Shown piece by piece: positions 19,504 to 28,953 of a stretch of DNA of 64,000 bases. The DNA lies in the NCBI GenBank assembly GCA_030647775.1, contig JAUSJC010000010.1:338646-402645 (forward strand). Reading direction: 5' to 3'. The position numbers were made by a program, and so were the translations under genes. The stretch is from Candidatus Curtissbacteria bacterium. GTDB lineage: Bacteria; Patescibacteriota; Microgenomatia; Curtissbacterales; GWA2-41-24. The notes beneath the pieces were generated by a model. That model worked only from the letters and a program-made list of their open reading frames with translations. It ran no database searches and was not told the DNA's origin. How positions within the stretch are numbered: position 1 is the stretch's first letter; every line of letters begins with the position of its first letter.

Positions 19504-20609
19504 TTTTGGTTTTCGATGTATTTTACAATATTTTCAATTGGGCTCCTAATATAATCAAATTTGGATAATCCAAGCGTACCGTTTAAAGCCGCTGCAAGTT
19601 CTTTCTCAAGTTCCAGCCGATTTACAACCGGTTTGATCAGCCCTTTTTTAACAAGCAAAAAAGGGCTATCTCCTCTTAAACCTATTTGCACACAGATGAC
19701 CGGCTTTTTAAGAATTATTGCTTCCAAAATAAGCATGGATGAAATTGATATCACCGCGTCACTTTGTGTGATCTGCTCCCATGAATTCGATCCTCTCACA
19801 ATTTTTATCTTCAAATTTTTACTCAAATACTGCTTTTTGATGGGTTCGTATTTTCTCCTCTTATCTTTGGGATGAAGTTTGATAATAAATTCGATATCCT
19901 TTCTGGTGGATATGCTTATTTTACTAATAATCTCAAGCAACAGCCCCGTTATTTTCAGTTCATTGTAGATTAAAAATTTATCCAAGACCGCTTTACCTTT
20001 GAAAAAATCGAAAAGAGGCTCCGAAGCAAATAACAACCTAACTTTGCTATCGCCAAATCTTTGATTTACCACCTTTTGCAAAGACTTCTTTTCAAGAAAC
20101 TCAAAATATGGCTGGCCCATTACTTCAATTAAATTCGAGGGAATACCTTCTTTTGCCATCTCTTCACTCGTCGTCTCATCCATAACAAAAATTTTAGTAG
20201 GGAAGAAAATGAGAGCTTTATTTTTTTTGTATTTCCCAATTGACCTAAGAGTATATTTTGAAAAACGGATCCCCAAATTTGTCCAATGATCGAGTATTGC
20301 AATGGAAGGTATTCCTAAAGAAGCGCTTACTCTCCAAAAATATTTTTCACTAAATTCCTCCGAATTAGTACCGGTAATCACCAAGAAAGGCTTCTTCCCG
20401 ATTAGGAATTTTTTTAAACTGGCTTCGTTAACTGGTCCTATGGATTTTGTTATATCTCGGCAGACAATACCTAATTTTTTAAAACCACGAGTAGCAAAAT
20501 CTTTTCCGTAGACTTCGACCTTGTAGTTACTTTTAGTAAGGGCCGAATATAAAGGTGCAATAGCGTTTGCGCCGCCGGTATCCCTAGCAAACAACAACAC
20601 CTTTTTCAT
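19491..20609 (-). CDS. GT-B-fold UDP-sugar hydrolase / 2-epimerase-like (PseG/NeuC-like)
   Basis: 'KLHPKDKRR' (HP motif) and 'ISISSMLILEAIILKKPVICV' resemble the WecB/NeuC C-terminal region. Position inside the NulO module. Confidence 0.45.
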   Translation of the reverse strand: MKKVLLFARDTGGANAIAPLYSALTKSNYKVEVYGKDFATRGFKKLGIVCRDITKSIGPVNEASLKKFLIGKKPFLVITGTNSEEFSEKYFWRVSASLGIPSIAILDHWTNLGIRFSKYTLRSIGKYKKNKALIFFPTKIFVMDETTSEEMAKEGIPSNLIEVMGQPYFEFLEKKSLQKVVNQRFGDSKVRLLFASEPLFDFFKGKAVLDKFLIYNELKITGLLLEIISKISISTRKDIEFIIKLHPKDKRRKYEPIKKQYLSKNLKIKIVRGSNSWEQITQSDAVISISSMLILEAIILKKPVICVQIGLRGDSPFLLVKKGLIKPVVNRLELEKELAAALNGTLGLSKFDYIRSPIENIVKYIENQKWQN

Positions 20610-21553
20610 TATTTAAACTTGAAGCAAGACTGAAGAGTTTTGTAAGCTTCCTCTCCGGTACATTTAAGCTGACTATTTCCCTTTAAAAACTCGTAAATGT
20701 TTTTAGAGGCAAATAGCATCGACTTATCTTGCGAGGTGTTGATCTCTTCCGACTTTGTTAAGTTTTTATAACCGCTAAATACCGAATTTTCTTTTATACC
20801 AAATTCTTCGATCATAAATTTGGAGTCGTCTATTTTAATCCTTCCTTTTTCAAATAACAGATCCATTTCAAATATCGTGTAGAGTCGGCAGTCAAGTGCG
20901 CAAATCGCAAAATTTGATCCGCTTTCGAGCTTTAAAATACCGGACAAGCTTGGATCTTTTACACTGTAGTCAAAAATCCTCTCATACACAGTAATGTCTA
21001 CAATTTCACCTACAAGATACCTTAGTAAATCAATCATATGGGAACCGTTATGGATAAGCCCTTTTCCATAAATGCCCGTCCCTTTTACAAATTTCCCGAA
21101 GCGCGGAATCCGCAATTTTAAAAACTCAAATTCCGGGATGTATCTGCGCGTATAATTGACAGCAATCGGGGTGCCCCTCTTTTTGTAAAGATCGAGAATT
21201 TTTTTCGCTTGAACGTCTGATGACGCAAGTGGTTTTTCTGCAAAAACTAACTTAAAATTGTAAGGTAGAAGTTCTTTGAGTACTTCAAAATGATATTCGT
21301 CATCTACGGCCTCACAAACAACGTCTATTTTATTTTTGTTAAAAGCCTCACCAATTGTTTTGAACGCCAATCCTCCCCAAATTGAACTTGCTTTCCTGGC
21401 CTTTTCAAAATCCCGGTCGACAAAACCTACAAGATTAAATCCGTTTTGAGAAAATCCGTGCGCATGTGAAAGAATATTTTTACTTTTGGGGTCATCAATG
21501 AAAGCACCGATTCTACCTGATCCAACGATTAAAACATTAAAATTCTTTGACAT
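20609..21553 (-). CDS. Gfo/Idh/MocA-family NAD(P)-dependent oxidoreductase
   Basis: N-terminal 'NVLIVGSGRIGAFI' Rossmann motif and 'EKPLASS' motif. Confidence 0.7.
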   Translation of the reverse strand: MSKNFNVLIVGSGRIGAFIDDPKSKNILSHAHGFSQNGFNLVGFVDRDFEKARKASSIWGGLAFKTIGEAFNKNKIDVVCEAVDDEYHFEVLKELLPYNFKLVFAEKPLASSDVQAKKILDLYKKRGTPIAVNYTRRYIPEFEFLKLRIPRFGKFVKGTGIYGKGLIHNGSHMIDLLRYLVGEIVDITVYERIFDYSVKDPSLSGILKLESGSNFAICALDCRLYTIFEMDLLFEKGRIKIDDSKFMIEEFGIKENSVFSGYKNLTKSEEINTSQDKSMLFASKNIYEFLKGNSQLKCTGEEAYKTLQSCFKFK

Positions 21554-21558
21554 AAATT

Positions 21559-22299
21559 TTATCTGGCTGATCTTTGTACAACATTTTTATTGATAGCGGC
21601 AATTTCGGGATGTGTATCCAAATATTTTATTACGTCGAGTGACGTAAAATTCTTATTCTTCATATAAAAATGCTTGTAAATTGCACAGATAAACTCGTAG
21701 TCCTGTTCAGTGTCCATCGTCCATCTTAAATCGGGACGGCAAAGTTCTGGTTCGGAAAGCAAATTAAATAATTTAAACTTTTTGGGATTTTCGTAAACAC
21801 TTAAGAAGAGATGCTCGTGCTGTGGTTTGTCTTTGGCAATCATTAGCGACTCCCGCAAGACATCAAGAGATGCTACCTGTACATCAAGTCCAATCGGGTA
21901 AGAACGTACAAGTTTATTAGAAATGTAATCAATGTCATTTGCCAGATAAATTTTTACCATGCGATCAATTATTTGAGGATCGAGAAGAGGATTATCTCCC
22001 GTAAGCTGTACCACGATATCGGCATTTTCCGCCGTCATCGCCTTCGTTACCCGCGAAACGACATCTTCTTCACTTCCCCGGAAATACCCGATGCCTAGTT
22101 TTTTTGCACATTCGACAATTACATCATCAGTCCTGTTTTCAGTAGTTGCCACAACGATCTTATGGATAACTTTGCTTCTTTTAACCCTTTCCACCAAAAG
22201 TTCTAATATGGGTTTACCTACACAAGGCAACAAAACCTTACCAGGTAGCCTGGTTGATGTCATTCTGGCTTCAATTGAAGCGACTACTTTTTTGATCAT
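21559..22299 (-). CDS. CMP-nonulosonic acid synthetase (acylneuraminate cytidylyltransferase family)
   Basis: 'MIKKVVASIEARMTSTRLPGKVL' is the canonical N-terminus. 'TGDNPLLDPQIID' follows. Start trimmed to this Met; the ORF track extends 107 aa further, overlapping the divergent gene. Confidence 0.7.
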   Translation of the reverse strand: MIKKVVASIEARMTSTRLPGKVLLPCVGKPILELLVERVKRSKVIHKIVVATTENRTDDVIVECAKKLGIGYFRGSEEDVVSRVTKAMTAENADIVVQLTGDNPLLDPQIIDRMVKIYLANDIDYISNKLVRSYPIGLDVQVASLDVLRESLMIAKDKPQHEHLFLSVYENPKKFKLFNLLSEPELCRPDLRWTMDTEQDYEFICAIYKHFYMKNKNFTSLDVIKYLDTHPEIAAINKNVVQRSAR

Positions 22300-22345
22300 G
22301 ACTAGGCTCATAATTATTAATATGGTAATATTACCATATTGGCAA

Positions 22346-23704
22346 ATGGCTATGATATCAGATTGGGACATAGGGATAAAGGCACAATCAGTTTTAGAAA
22401 AGCAGGTTAATATGCTTTTACCCCCCCTTTTTCCTTTAAACAGAAGTATCAGCGGTTCCGGCCTCAGGAAAACTCTAAATACTCTTAAAAAAATAACCGA
22501 CTTCGATATTATAGAAATTCCATCGGGTACCAAATGTTTCGATTGGACGATTCCCGAGGAGTGGAACGTAAAAGAAGCGTATATTGAGGATTTAAAAGGT
22601 GAAAAAATTATAGATTTCAAAAAAAATAATCTTCATTTAGTAAATTACAGCACTGCTCAAGATAACATTTATACTTTCGATCAGCTTAAAAAGCATCTTC
22701 ATACTTTACCCAATATGCCGGACGCCATACCTTATAGAACATCTTACTACCAGAAATCATGGGGTTTTTGCTTTGCCTACGATGATTTAAAGAAATTCAA
22801 AAAGACCCAAAAATATCATGTCAAAATTGATGCCTCTTTTAGAAATGGCAGTATTACCATGGGAGAAAAAAAAATATGTGGAAAATCAAAAAAAACATTT
22901 TTGATAACAACATACGCCTGCCATCCTTCAATGGCCAATGATAATCTCTCCGGATTAATACTTTGGATTCTGCTTTTGAAAACACTATCTTCCAGGAAAA
23001 CTCATTATTCTTATAAATTTATAATTGGACCAGAAACAATTGGAGCAATTGCGTTTCTTTCAAAAAATAAGAAATTACTAAAAGACGTTATTGGTGGTTT
23101 TGTCCTAGCTACTCTTGGAGGATCGGGCAAATTCGGCTACAAGCAAACGTATTTGGGCGACCATCTTATTGATTCTGTCATCAAGAAATCCTTTAAGGAT
23201 CTAAATGTCGATTTTATTACATACCCCTTTGATTTAAACGGCAGTGACGAAAGACAATACTCTTCACCATTCTTCCGTATTCCTATGGCAAGCGTAACCA
23301 AGGATAAATATTATGAATACCCTGCTTATCACACGTCAAAAGACGACTTATCATTTGTAAAATCTTCTCACATAATAAGCAGTTTAAAAATATACTTAAA
23401 AATAATTGAAAATTTGGAAAACAGCAAAATATATATAAGTACCCAGCCAAAATGCGAACCAATGCTCTCAAAACGTGGGCTTTATCCTAAAATTGGGGGA
23501 TCATTTAACCCAAAAGGGATAAAAGGTAATACTATATACGGATATGACGTGAAGGAGATAAACACAATTCGCGCCTTATTATTTTGGTCGGACGGCGAAA
23601 GCTCTCTGGAGCAAATCTCGCAAAAAACTGGAGTACCAATCACTCGTTTGTTTGAAGCGACTAAAAAGCTGGAAAATATTAATCTCTTAAAAGAAGTAAA
23701 ATGA
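22346..23704 (+). CDS. DUF4910/aminopeptidase-like (UCP015244-type) protein with C-terminal winged helix
   Basis: 'RSISGSGLRKTLNTL', 'YACHPSMANDNLSGL' (M28-like metal site) and C-terminal HTH-like 'SLEQISQKTGVPITRLFEATKKLENINLL'. Start chosen at Met 'MAMISDWD' to avoid divergent overlap. Confidence 0.45.
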   Translation: MAMISDWDIGIKAQSVLEKQVNMLLPPLFPLNRSISGSGLRKTLNTLKKITDFDIIEIPSGTKCFDWTIPEEWNVKEAYIEDLKGEKIIDFKKNNLHLVNYSTAQDNIYTFDQLKKHLHTLPNMPDAIPYRTSYYQKSWGFCFAYDDLKKFKKTQKYHVKIDASFRNGSITMGEKKICGKSKKTFLITTYACHPSMANDNLSGLILWILLLKTLSSRKTHYSYKFIIGPETIGAIAFLSKNKKLLKDVIGGFVLATLGGSGKFGYKQTYLGDHLIDSVIKKSFKDLNVDFITYPFDLNGSDERQYSSPFFRIPMASVTKDKYYEYPAYHTSKDDLSFVKSSHIISSLKIYLKIIENLENSKIYISTQPKCEPMLSKRGLYPKIGGSFNPKGIKGNTIYGYDVKEINTIRALLFWSDGESSLEQISQKTGVPITRLFEATKKLENINLLKEVK

Positions 23705-24495
23705 AAATCCTTTTTATCGGAGGCAACCAAATAAGGCATTTATATGTAGCAAATGCAATTAACTCCGAAATAACTCTGTCAGGAGCGATTTTGCAACAAA
23801 GAGGTAGCTTGATACCAAAAACACCAGATGGACTGGAAGATATAGACAGAAAAAACTTCATAAGGCATTTTAAAGAGAGGGAAGAGTGTGAGTTACGATA
23901 TTTCCAAAAACAAAAAACCTTACCTTGTCCCACAATCACAATCGACGACATCAGTAAAAATTCGGGAAAATTACTAAATTTCTATGAAAAAATTAAGCCC
24001 GATGTAGTTTTTATTTTTGGGTCCGGAATGATAGGCAACCCTCTTTTTTCAAAGCTCCCCCGAAAAACTATCAACATGCATCTAGGGCTTTCACCAAGAT
24101 ACAGGGGTTCTGCTACTTTATTTTGGCCTTTTTATTTCTTGGAACCCACTTATGCCGGTAGCACGTTTCATTTTATTAACCAAGAGCCGGACGCCGGTGA
24201 CGTAATTCATCAAGTCCGGCCTTTCCTTGAAAAAGGCGACGGAATCCATGACGTCGCTTGCAAAGTAGTTCTAAAGTCGGCAGAGGAAGCGATTAAGCTT
24301 CTAAAAAAAATGGAGGGGAAAGATATAAAAGGCGTAAGACAAAAAAATACAGGTAAAAAATTTTTAACAACGGATTTTAGACCCGAACACTTAAGAGTGA
24401 TCTATAACCTATTTGAAAATAAAATTGTTGACTATTACCTTGAAGGTAAATTAAGATGCCGTACTCCTAAGTTGGTTGAAACAATTTTTGCCTAA
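23701..24495 (+). CDS. Formyltransferase (Fmt/ArnA-N-like), candidate sugar N-formyltransferase
   Basis: 'NMHLGLSPRYRGSAT' matches the formyl_trans_N HxSLLPxxRG motif. 'EPDAGDVI' follows. Confidence 0.6.
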   Translation: MKILFIGGNQIRHLYVANAINSEITLSGAILQQRGSLIPKTPDGLEDIDRKNFIRHFKEREECELRYFQKQKTLPCPTITIDDISKNSGKLLNFYEKIKPDVVFIFGSGMIGNPLFSKLPRKTINMHLGLSPRYRGSATLFWPFYFLEPTYAGSTFHFINQEPDAGDVIHQVRPFLEKGDGIHDVACKVVLKSAEEAIKLLKKMEGKDIKGVRQKNTGKKFLTTDFRPEHLRVIYNLFENKIVDYYLEGKLRCRTPKLVETIFA

Positions 24496-24502
24496 ATTCT
24501 CT

Positions 24503-25552
24503 TCAAATTAAATCCCAAGTAATGGTAGTGTCTGCGGGAATATCTGCTTTTGCTTTGCGCCCGACAACGATGTCGATAAATTTTGGAGGAATACCCATTC
24601 CCGGCCTTTTACCAATTAGCATGTCTTTCGTTATTTTAGTATCTTTCTTAATATCGACGAGCGATGTTACAGATCTCCTTGCAAATCTTTGAGCTTCCAT
24701 CTCAGATTCTACCGGCTCTTTCAACCCTTTCCCAAGGCTTTCTTCGGCGAGCCGGACCGCATCAACCAGCTGCTTCATTTCGGCCGGATCAACCCCCAAT
24801 TGGTGGTCAGGACTGTCAGGCAAAGTCTTATCTGTTGTAAAGTGTTTCTCAACTATTCTTGCGCCTCTCATTACCGCAAAAGCTGGAGTCAGAGGGCTAA
24901 AGGTATGGTCGGAAAATCCAATTGGAATCTCCGGAAACAAACCCCGGAGTGAATCTATCATCAGGAGATTTGCATCATCGGCAGCCGTCGGGTAGCTTAA
25001 GATACAATGAAGAAGGATAATTTGGTCGTTCCCGCATTTTTTAATAAAATTCACCGCTTCTTCTATCTCACCAATTGTCGCCGCTCCTGTCGACATAATA
25101 ATCGGTTTACCCGTTTTCGCTACTTTCGAAAGAAGTGGGAAGTAAATAATATCAGCCGAAGCGATTTTATAGGCAGGAACATTAATATCTTCAAGTAGAT
25201 CAACGGCTTCAAGCTCAAATGGAGTTGAAAATAAGATGATGCCAATTTCTTTCGCATAATCCATCATCTTCTGGTAATTATTTTCCGGCAATTCATCCAA
25301 AACGGAAAAGGTTTCATATTGGGTCTTGCCGTCATTAGGCCCTACGTGCCAATATTTTGGCGCTTTTTTGGTAACAAGTCTCTCCGCAGTATAATTCTGG
25401 AATTTAATAGCATCGCATCCAGCCTCTTTGGCAAGCCGAATATGGTCTTTTGCTCTTTCCAGTTCCCCGTTGTGGTTAACTCCGGCCTCCGCAACTATAA
25501 AAACCGGTTCATTTCCCCCGATCTTCTTACCGCCAATTTTTATAGTCTTCAT
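24503..25552 (-). CDS. NeuB-family nonulosonic acid synthase (PseI/LegI/NeuB-like)
   Basis: 'FIVAEAGVNHNGELERAKDHIRLAKEAGCDAIKFQ' NeuB N-terminal signature. C-terminal SAF/antifreeze-like domain. Confidence 0.8.
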   Translation of the reverse strand: MKTIKIGGKKIGGNEPVFIVAEAGVNHNGELERAKDHIRLAKEAGCDAIKFQNYTAERLVTKKAPKYWHVGPNDGKTQYETFSVLDELPENNYQKMMDYAKEIGIILFSTPFELEAVDLLEDINVPAYKIASADIIYFPLLSKVAKTGKPIIMSTGAATIGEIEEAVNFIKKCGNDQIILLHCILSYPTAADDANLLMIDSLRGLFPEIPIGFSDHTFSPLTPAFAVMRGARIVEKHFTTDKTLPDSPDHQLGVDPAEMKQLVDAVRLAEESLGKGLKEPVESEMEAQRFARRSVTSLVDIKKDTKITKDMLIGKRPGMGIPPKFIDIVVGRKAKADIPADTTITWDLI

Positions 25553-26568
25553 AAAAGCTGTGGAATTTTGCTAATCATCTTACTTATCTCGCCATCGCTT
25601 AGTAAGTCAACTGAATCTGATGTGAATTCTTTTGCCTTTAAAATTTTCTTAAAGGTTGGGTACTCAAAACTTTTGAAATCATTAATATCCGAAAGCAGTA
25701 TAAACATCTTTTCATTTTCAAGGGCACTAGCAGCTTCATTGCCAGTTAGAAGGCTTTCATGTATTTTTTCGCCTGGCTGTAAGCCGATATAACTATACTT
25801 AATATTTTTATTGATTTTATTTTTTTTGCAAAATGCTGAAACAAATACTTTTATAAGATTCTCAATTCTAACGCTAGGCATTTTTAAGATAAAAACTTCC
25901 CCTCCCTGCATGATTTGCACTGACTCAAATATTAACCTGACGGCCTCATCAATAGACATCACAAAACGGGTCATGTTTTTATCGGTGATTGTTACTGGCT
26001 TGCCGTTTTCAATCTGGCTCTTCACTCTAGGCAAAATAGAGTTTCGCGATCCAAGTACATTCCCAAACCTTACGGATGCCAATCTTATCCTCTTATTCCC
26101 CCTGTAAAAATTCCCTGCCGCCGTTAATCTTTCCGCGAGCAGTTTTGTTGCACCAAGTGTACTATTGGGTTGGGTTGCTTTGTCGGTTGAAATTGTAATA
26201 ACTCTCTCGACATTTTTTTCAAGAGCGACATCAATGATATTTTGGGTCCCGATAACATTAGTTTTAACGGCTTCAAACGGGTTATATTCGCAAAAAGTTA
26301 CGTGTTTAAGCGCAGCGGCATTAAAAACGATATCGACATCATCCATGGCAAGCCTCAATCTTTCCTTATCTCTGATGTCACCAATCAAGGGTCTGACATT
26401 ATTTGGAAAGTCGATAGAAAAGAGAAGGTCCTGCAATTTTGTCTCGTCGCGGCCGAGTACCCTTAAATGCTTCGGTTTATGCGCTAAAGCTTGCCTAACA
26501 ATTTCGGACCCAATTGATCCCGTTCCGCCGCAAACCAAAATGTTTTTCCCTTCAAGTATATTTGTCAT
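25549..26568 (-). CDS. UDP-GlcNAc 4,6-dehydratase (PseB/CapD/FlaA1-type, Polysacc_synt_2)
   Basis: 'KNILVCGGTGSIGSEIVRQ' and 'GATKLLAERL' YxxxK region. First gene of the NulO module. Confidence 0.7.
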   Translation of the reverse strand: MTNILEGKNILVCGGTGSIGSEIVRQALAHKPKHLRVLGRDETKLQDLLFSIDFPNNVRPLIGDIRDKERLRLAMDDVDIVFNAAALKHVTFCEYNPFEAVKTNVIGTQNIIDVALEKNVERVITISTDKATQPNSTLGATKLLAERLTAAGNFYRGNKRIRLASVRFGNVLGSRNSILPRVKSQIENGKPVTITDKNMTRFVMSIDEAVRLIFESVQIMQGGEVFILKMPSVRIENLIKVFVSAFCKKNKINKNIKYSYIGLQPGEKIHESLLTGNEAASALENEKMFILLSDINDFKSFEYPTFKKILKAKEFTSDSVDLLSDGEISKMISKIPQLL

Positions 26569-26601
26569 ATCTGATTGATTCTACACGAAAAACTCGAATT
26601 T

Positions 26602-27468
26602 TTAAAATCTATGACCAAAAATTGTCCTAAGTCCGCGGGTAAGCGTTATCTTTGGAGTCCAGTTAAACTTTCTTTCGGCTTTCTCAAAACTTCCAACAAA
26701 ATATCCTAAATCTGTACTTTTTGCCTCAATAAATTTTGTCTTGAGTTTTTTCCCGCTTACTCTCTCTACCATTGAGACCACCTCATTAATGCTTACTCCC
26801 CGGCCCGAACAAATATTATAAATACTGGTTTTTTCAGTAGAGTTTTTTAATATCACGGCCAACACTGCACTCGCCGCATCACCCACATGCAAAAAATCCC
26901 TAATTTGCCAACCGTCACCGGTAATTACTAGCGTTGAACCTTCTTTAAGTGCTGTCAGAATATGGGTAATCAGAGAATTATCTTTTGGGTTGACGTTTTT
27001 ACCATAAACGTTGGCAAATCTCAAAAGCGTTGCTTTTAAGTCGGTTTTTGGAATTTCGCGAGTTAGATATTCTTCACATAATAGCTTTGACTCGCCATAG
27101 GCATTTCTTGGTTCCAAATCAAAATCTTCACTAACGACTTGGTTTTTTAACGGAGGTTTGTAAACAGCGAACGAGGAAGGAAAAATAATATGTGCGGAAG
27201 GCGAAAATTTGTTCGCTGCCTGAATAATGATCCTTAGGCTTTCAATGTTGAATTTCAATTGAACGGGGTCATTAGATTTCTCTCCAGCCAAATGGACAAT
27301 AAAGTCCGCCTTTTTGATAAGCGGCATTAAACTATTTATTGATCCAAAATTGTGAATGTTCCTATCAAAAAGCCGCACTTCAAAATTCATACTTTTGACA
27401 AGCTTACAGAAATTATTTCCAATAAGCCCATTTGCCCCGGTAACCACAATTATTTTAGCTTTATTCAT
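26602..27468 (-). CDS. NAD-dependent epimerase/dehydratase (SDR)
   Basis: 'IIVVTGANGLIGNNFCKL' Rossmann motif. 'AYGESKLLCEEYL' YxxxK. Confidence 0.65.
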   Translation of the reverse strand: MNKAKIIVVTGANGLIGNNFCKLVKSMNFEVRLFDRNIHNFGSINSLMPLIKKADFIVHLAGEKSNDPVQLKFNIESLRIIIQAANKFSPSAHIIFPSSFAVYKPPLKNQVVSEDFDLEPRNAYGESKLLCEEYLTREIPKTDLKATLLRFANVYGKNVNPKDNSLITHILTALKEGSTLVITGDGWQIRDFLHVGDAASAVLAVILKNSTEKTSIYNICSGRGVSINEVVSMVERVSGKKLKTKFIEAKSTDLGYFVGSFEKAERKFNWTPKITLTRGLRTIFGHRF

Positions 27469-27471
27469 TGA

Positions 27472-28110
27472 TTAAACTTTTTCAAAATATTTACGTATTT
27501 TATCCTTTTCGAGAAGTACTAACTCACTGGGAATGTAACGCGGTTCGGCAGTTATAAAAACCGTTCTTCCCAGCCAGTCTTTTCTGAAAATGGTTCTAGC
27601 ATATAAGATGACTCTAGGCATGTGATAAGCGTCAGTTAAGATAACTAACTTACCCTTTGCCGGCCATTTCCGGGCTGGAAACTTTTTAAACTGGTCTATG
27701 GTATTTTTAATATGTTCTTTCCCGCCCACGGCAATTTTCGTATCTGGAAAACCAAACCGGCTTTTAAAATGATTTTCGCCCTTTAATTTTTGAAGTACTA
27801 TGTTTTGCTCGTCATAGCCGCTAATGTAAATTCCAGGTGCCCATTTTTTTATCTCGCCGAATCCGAGATCACGCCGTCCCGACTTTAAAGACGCGATCTT
27901 AAGCGCAACAAGAATTCCGGTTCTCAGTCTCCTTTTCATTTCAATATCATCACTGTTTTTGAAATCGTCAATCGAAAATTTTGCGCCGGTCAGTACCCAT
28001 ATCAAATTCCAGTCTGGATCAGGACTGGTACTGTGGCTGGTACTAGCCTTGTCAAACTCGTCTTCTATATATTTATCTAAAAATTTCTTGGAGTATCTTT
28101 TTAATATCAT
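27472..28110 (-). CDS. DUF218 (YdcF/ElyC/SanA-like) protein
   Basis: 'LVILTDAYHMPRVILYA' resembles the DUF218 HxPR motif. Confidence 0.4.
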   Translation of the reverse strand: MILKRYSKKFLDKYIEDEFDKASTSHSTSPDPDWNLIWVLTGAKFSIDDFKNSDDIEMKRRLRTGILVALKIASLKSGRRDLGFGEIKKWAPGIYISGYDEQNIVLQKLKGENHFKSRFGFPDTKIAVGGKEHIKNTIDQFKKFPARKWPAKGKLVILTDAYHMPRVILYARTIFRKDWLGRTVFITAEPRYIPSELVLLEKDKIRKYFEKV

Positions 28111-28287
28111 TCCGTTTTTCCTATGACAGCGACCTATTATTGCGATTATAATAATCCCCGAAGGGAATTATTTTTGACAGTACTTTATGTTGCATAATTC
28201 TTATTCTAAGCTTTTGATAAGCTCTCTTCAAACAATTACCCAAATATACTTTACACCTCATAAAATGTAGAATTGCAACTATAAATC

Positions 28288-28953
28288 ATGGAACCGGAAA
28301 TAACTCGTCTTTACAGGTTACGTTTTGATAAAGATCTTAAGAAGAGAAACGAAATTTGGAAAATTCTTTGCAGGGATTTTTTCCAAAAATACATAAAACC
28401 TTCCGATACCGTTTGCGATCTTGGCGCGGGGTATTGTGAATTCATAAACAACATTAAAGCAAAAATCAGAATTGCCATCGACATTAACCCGGAAACCAAA
28501 AAATTTGCAAACAAAGGACTAGCAACTTTAATTACCTCAAGTACCAATTTACCTAAAAATTTGTATAACAAAGTTGACGTCGTTTTTGCCAGTAATTTTT
28601 TTGAACATTTATCCACGAAAGAAGAATTGGCAAAAACGCTGGTGGAAATTAATAAAATATTAAAAACAGGCGGGAAAATTATTGTTCTTATGCCAAACAT
28701 CCGATATATTGGGGCGGCTTACTGGGATTTTTTGGATCACCAGCTTCCGTTAACGGAAAAAAGCATGGTTGAAGCCCTAACCTTAAATGGTTGCAGGATA
28801 ATAGAAAAAAGAAACAGATTTCTACCATATACGACAAAAAGTCGCTTACCGAAAATGGGATTTTTGGTTAGACTTTATTTAAAACTAACCCCACTGCATC
28901 TACTTTTTGGGAAGCAATCGTTAATCATTGCCCAAAAACTACCACTTAAATGA
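28288..28953 (+). CDS. Class I SAM-dependent methyltransferase
   Basis: Motif I 'VCDLGAGYCEF'. 'VDVVFASNFFEHL'. 'GGKIIVLMPN'. Confidence 0.6.
   Translation: MEPEITRLYRLRFDKDLKKRNEIWKILCRDFFQKYIKPSDTVCDLGAGYCEFINNIKAKIRIAIDINPETKKFANKGLATLITSSTNLPKNLYNKVDVVFASNFFEHLSTKEELAKTLVEINKILKTGGKIIVLMPNIRYIGAAYWDFLDHQLPLTEKSMVEALTLNGCRIIEKRNRFLPYTTKSRLPKMGFLVRLYLKLTPLHLLFGKQSLIIAQKLPLK

Noticed and set aside
22299-22620. 107-aa N-terminal extension of the cytidylyltransferase ORF
   Set aside because: It overlaps the divergent gene. The canonical acylneuraminate cytidylyltransferase N-terminus starts at the internal Met (22299).
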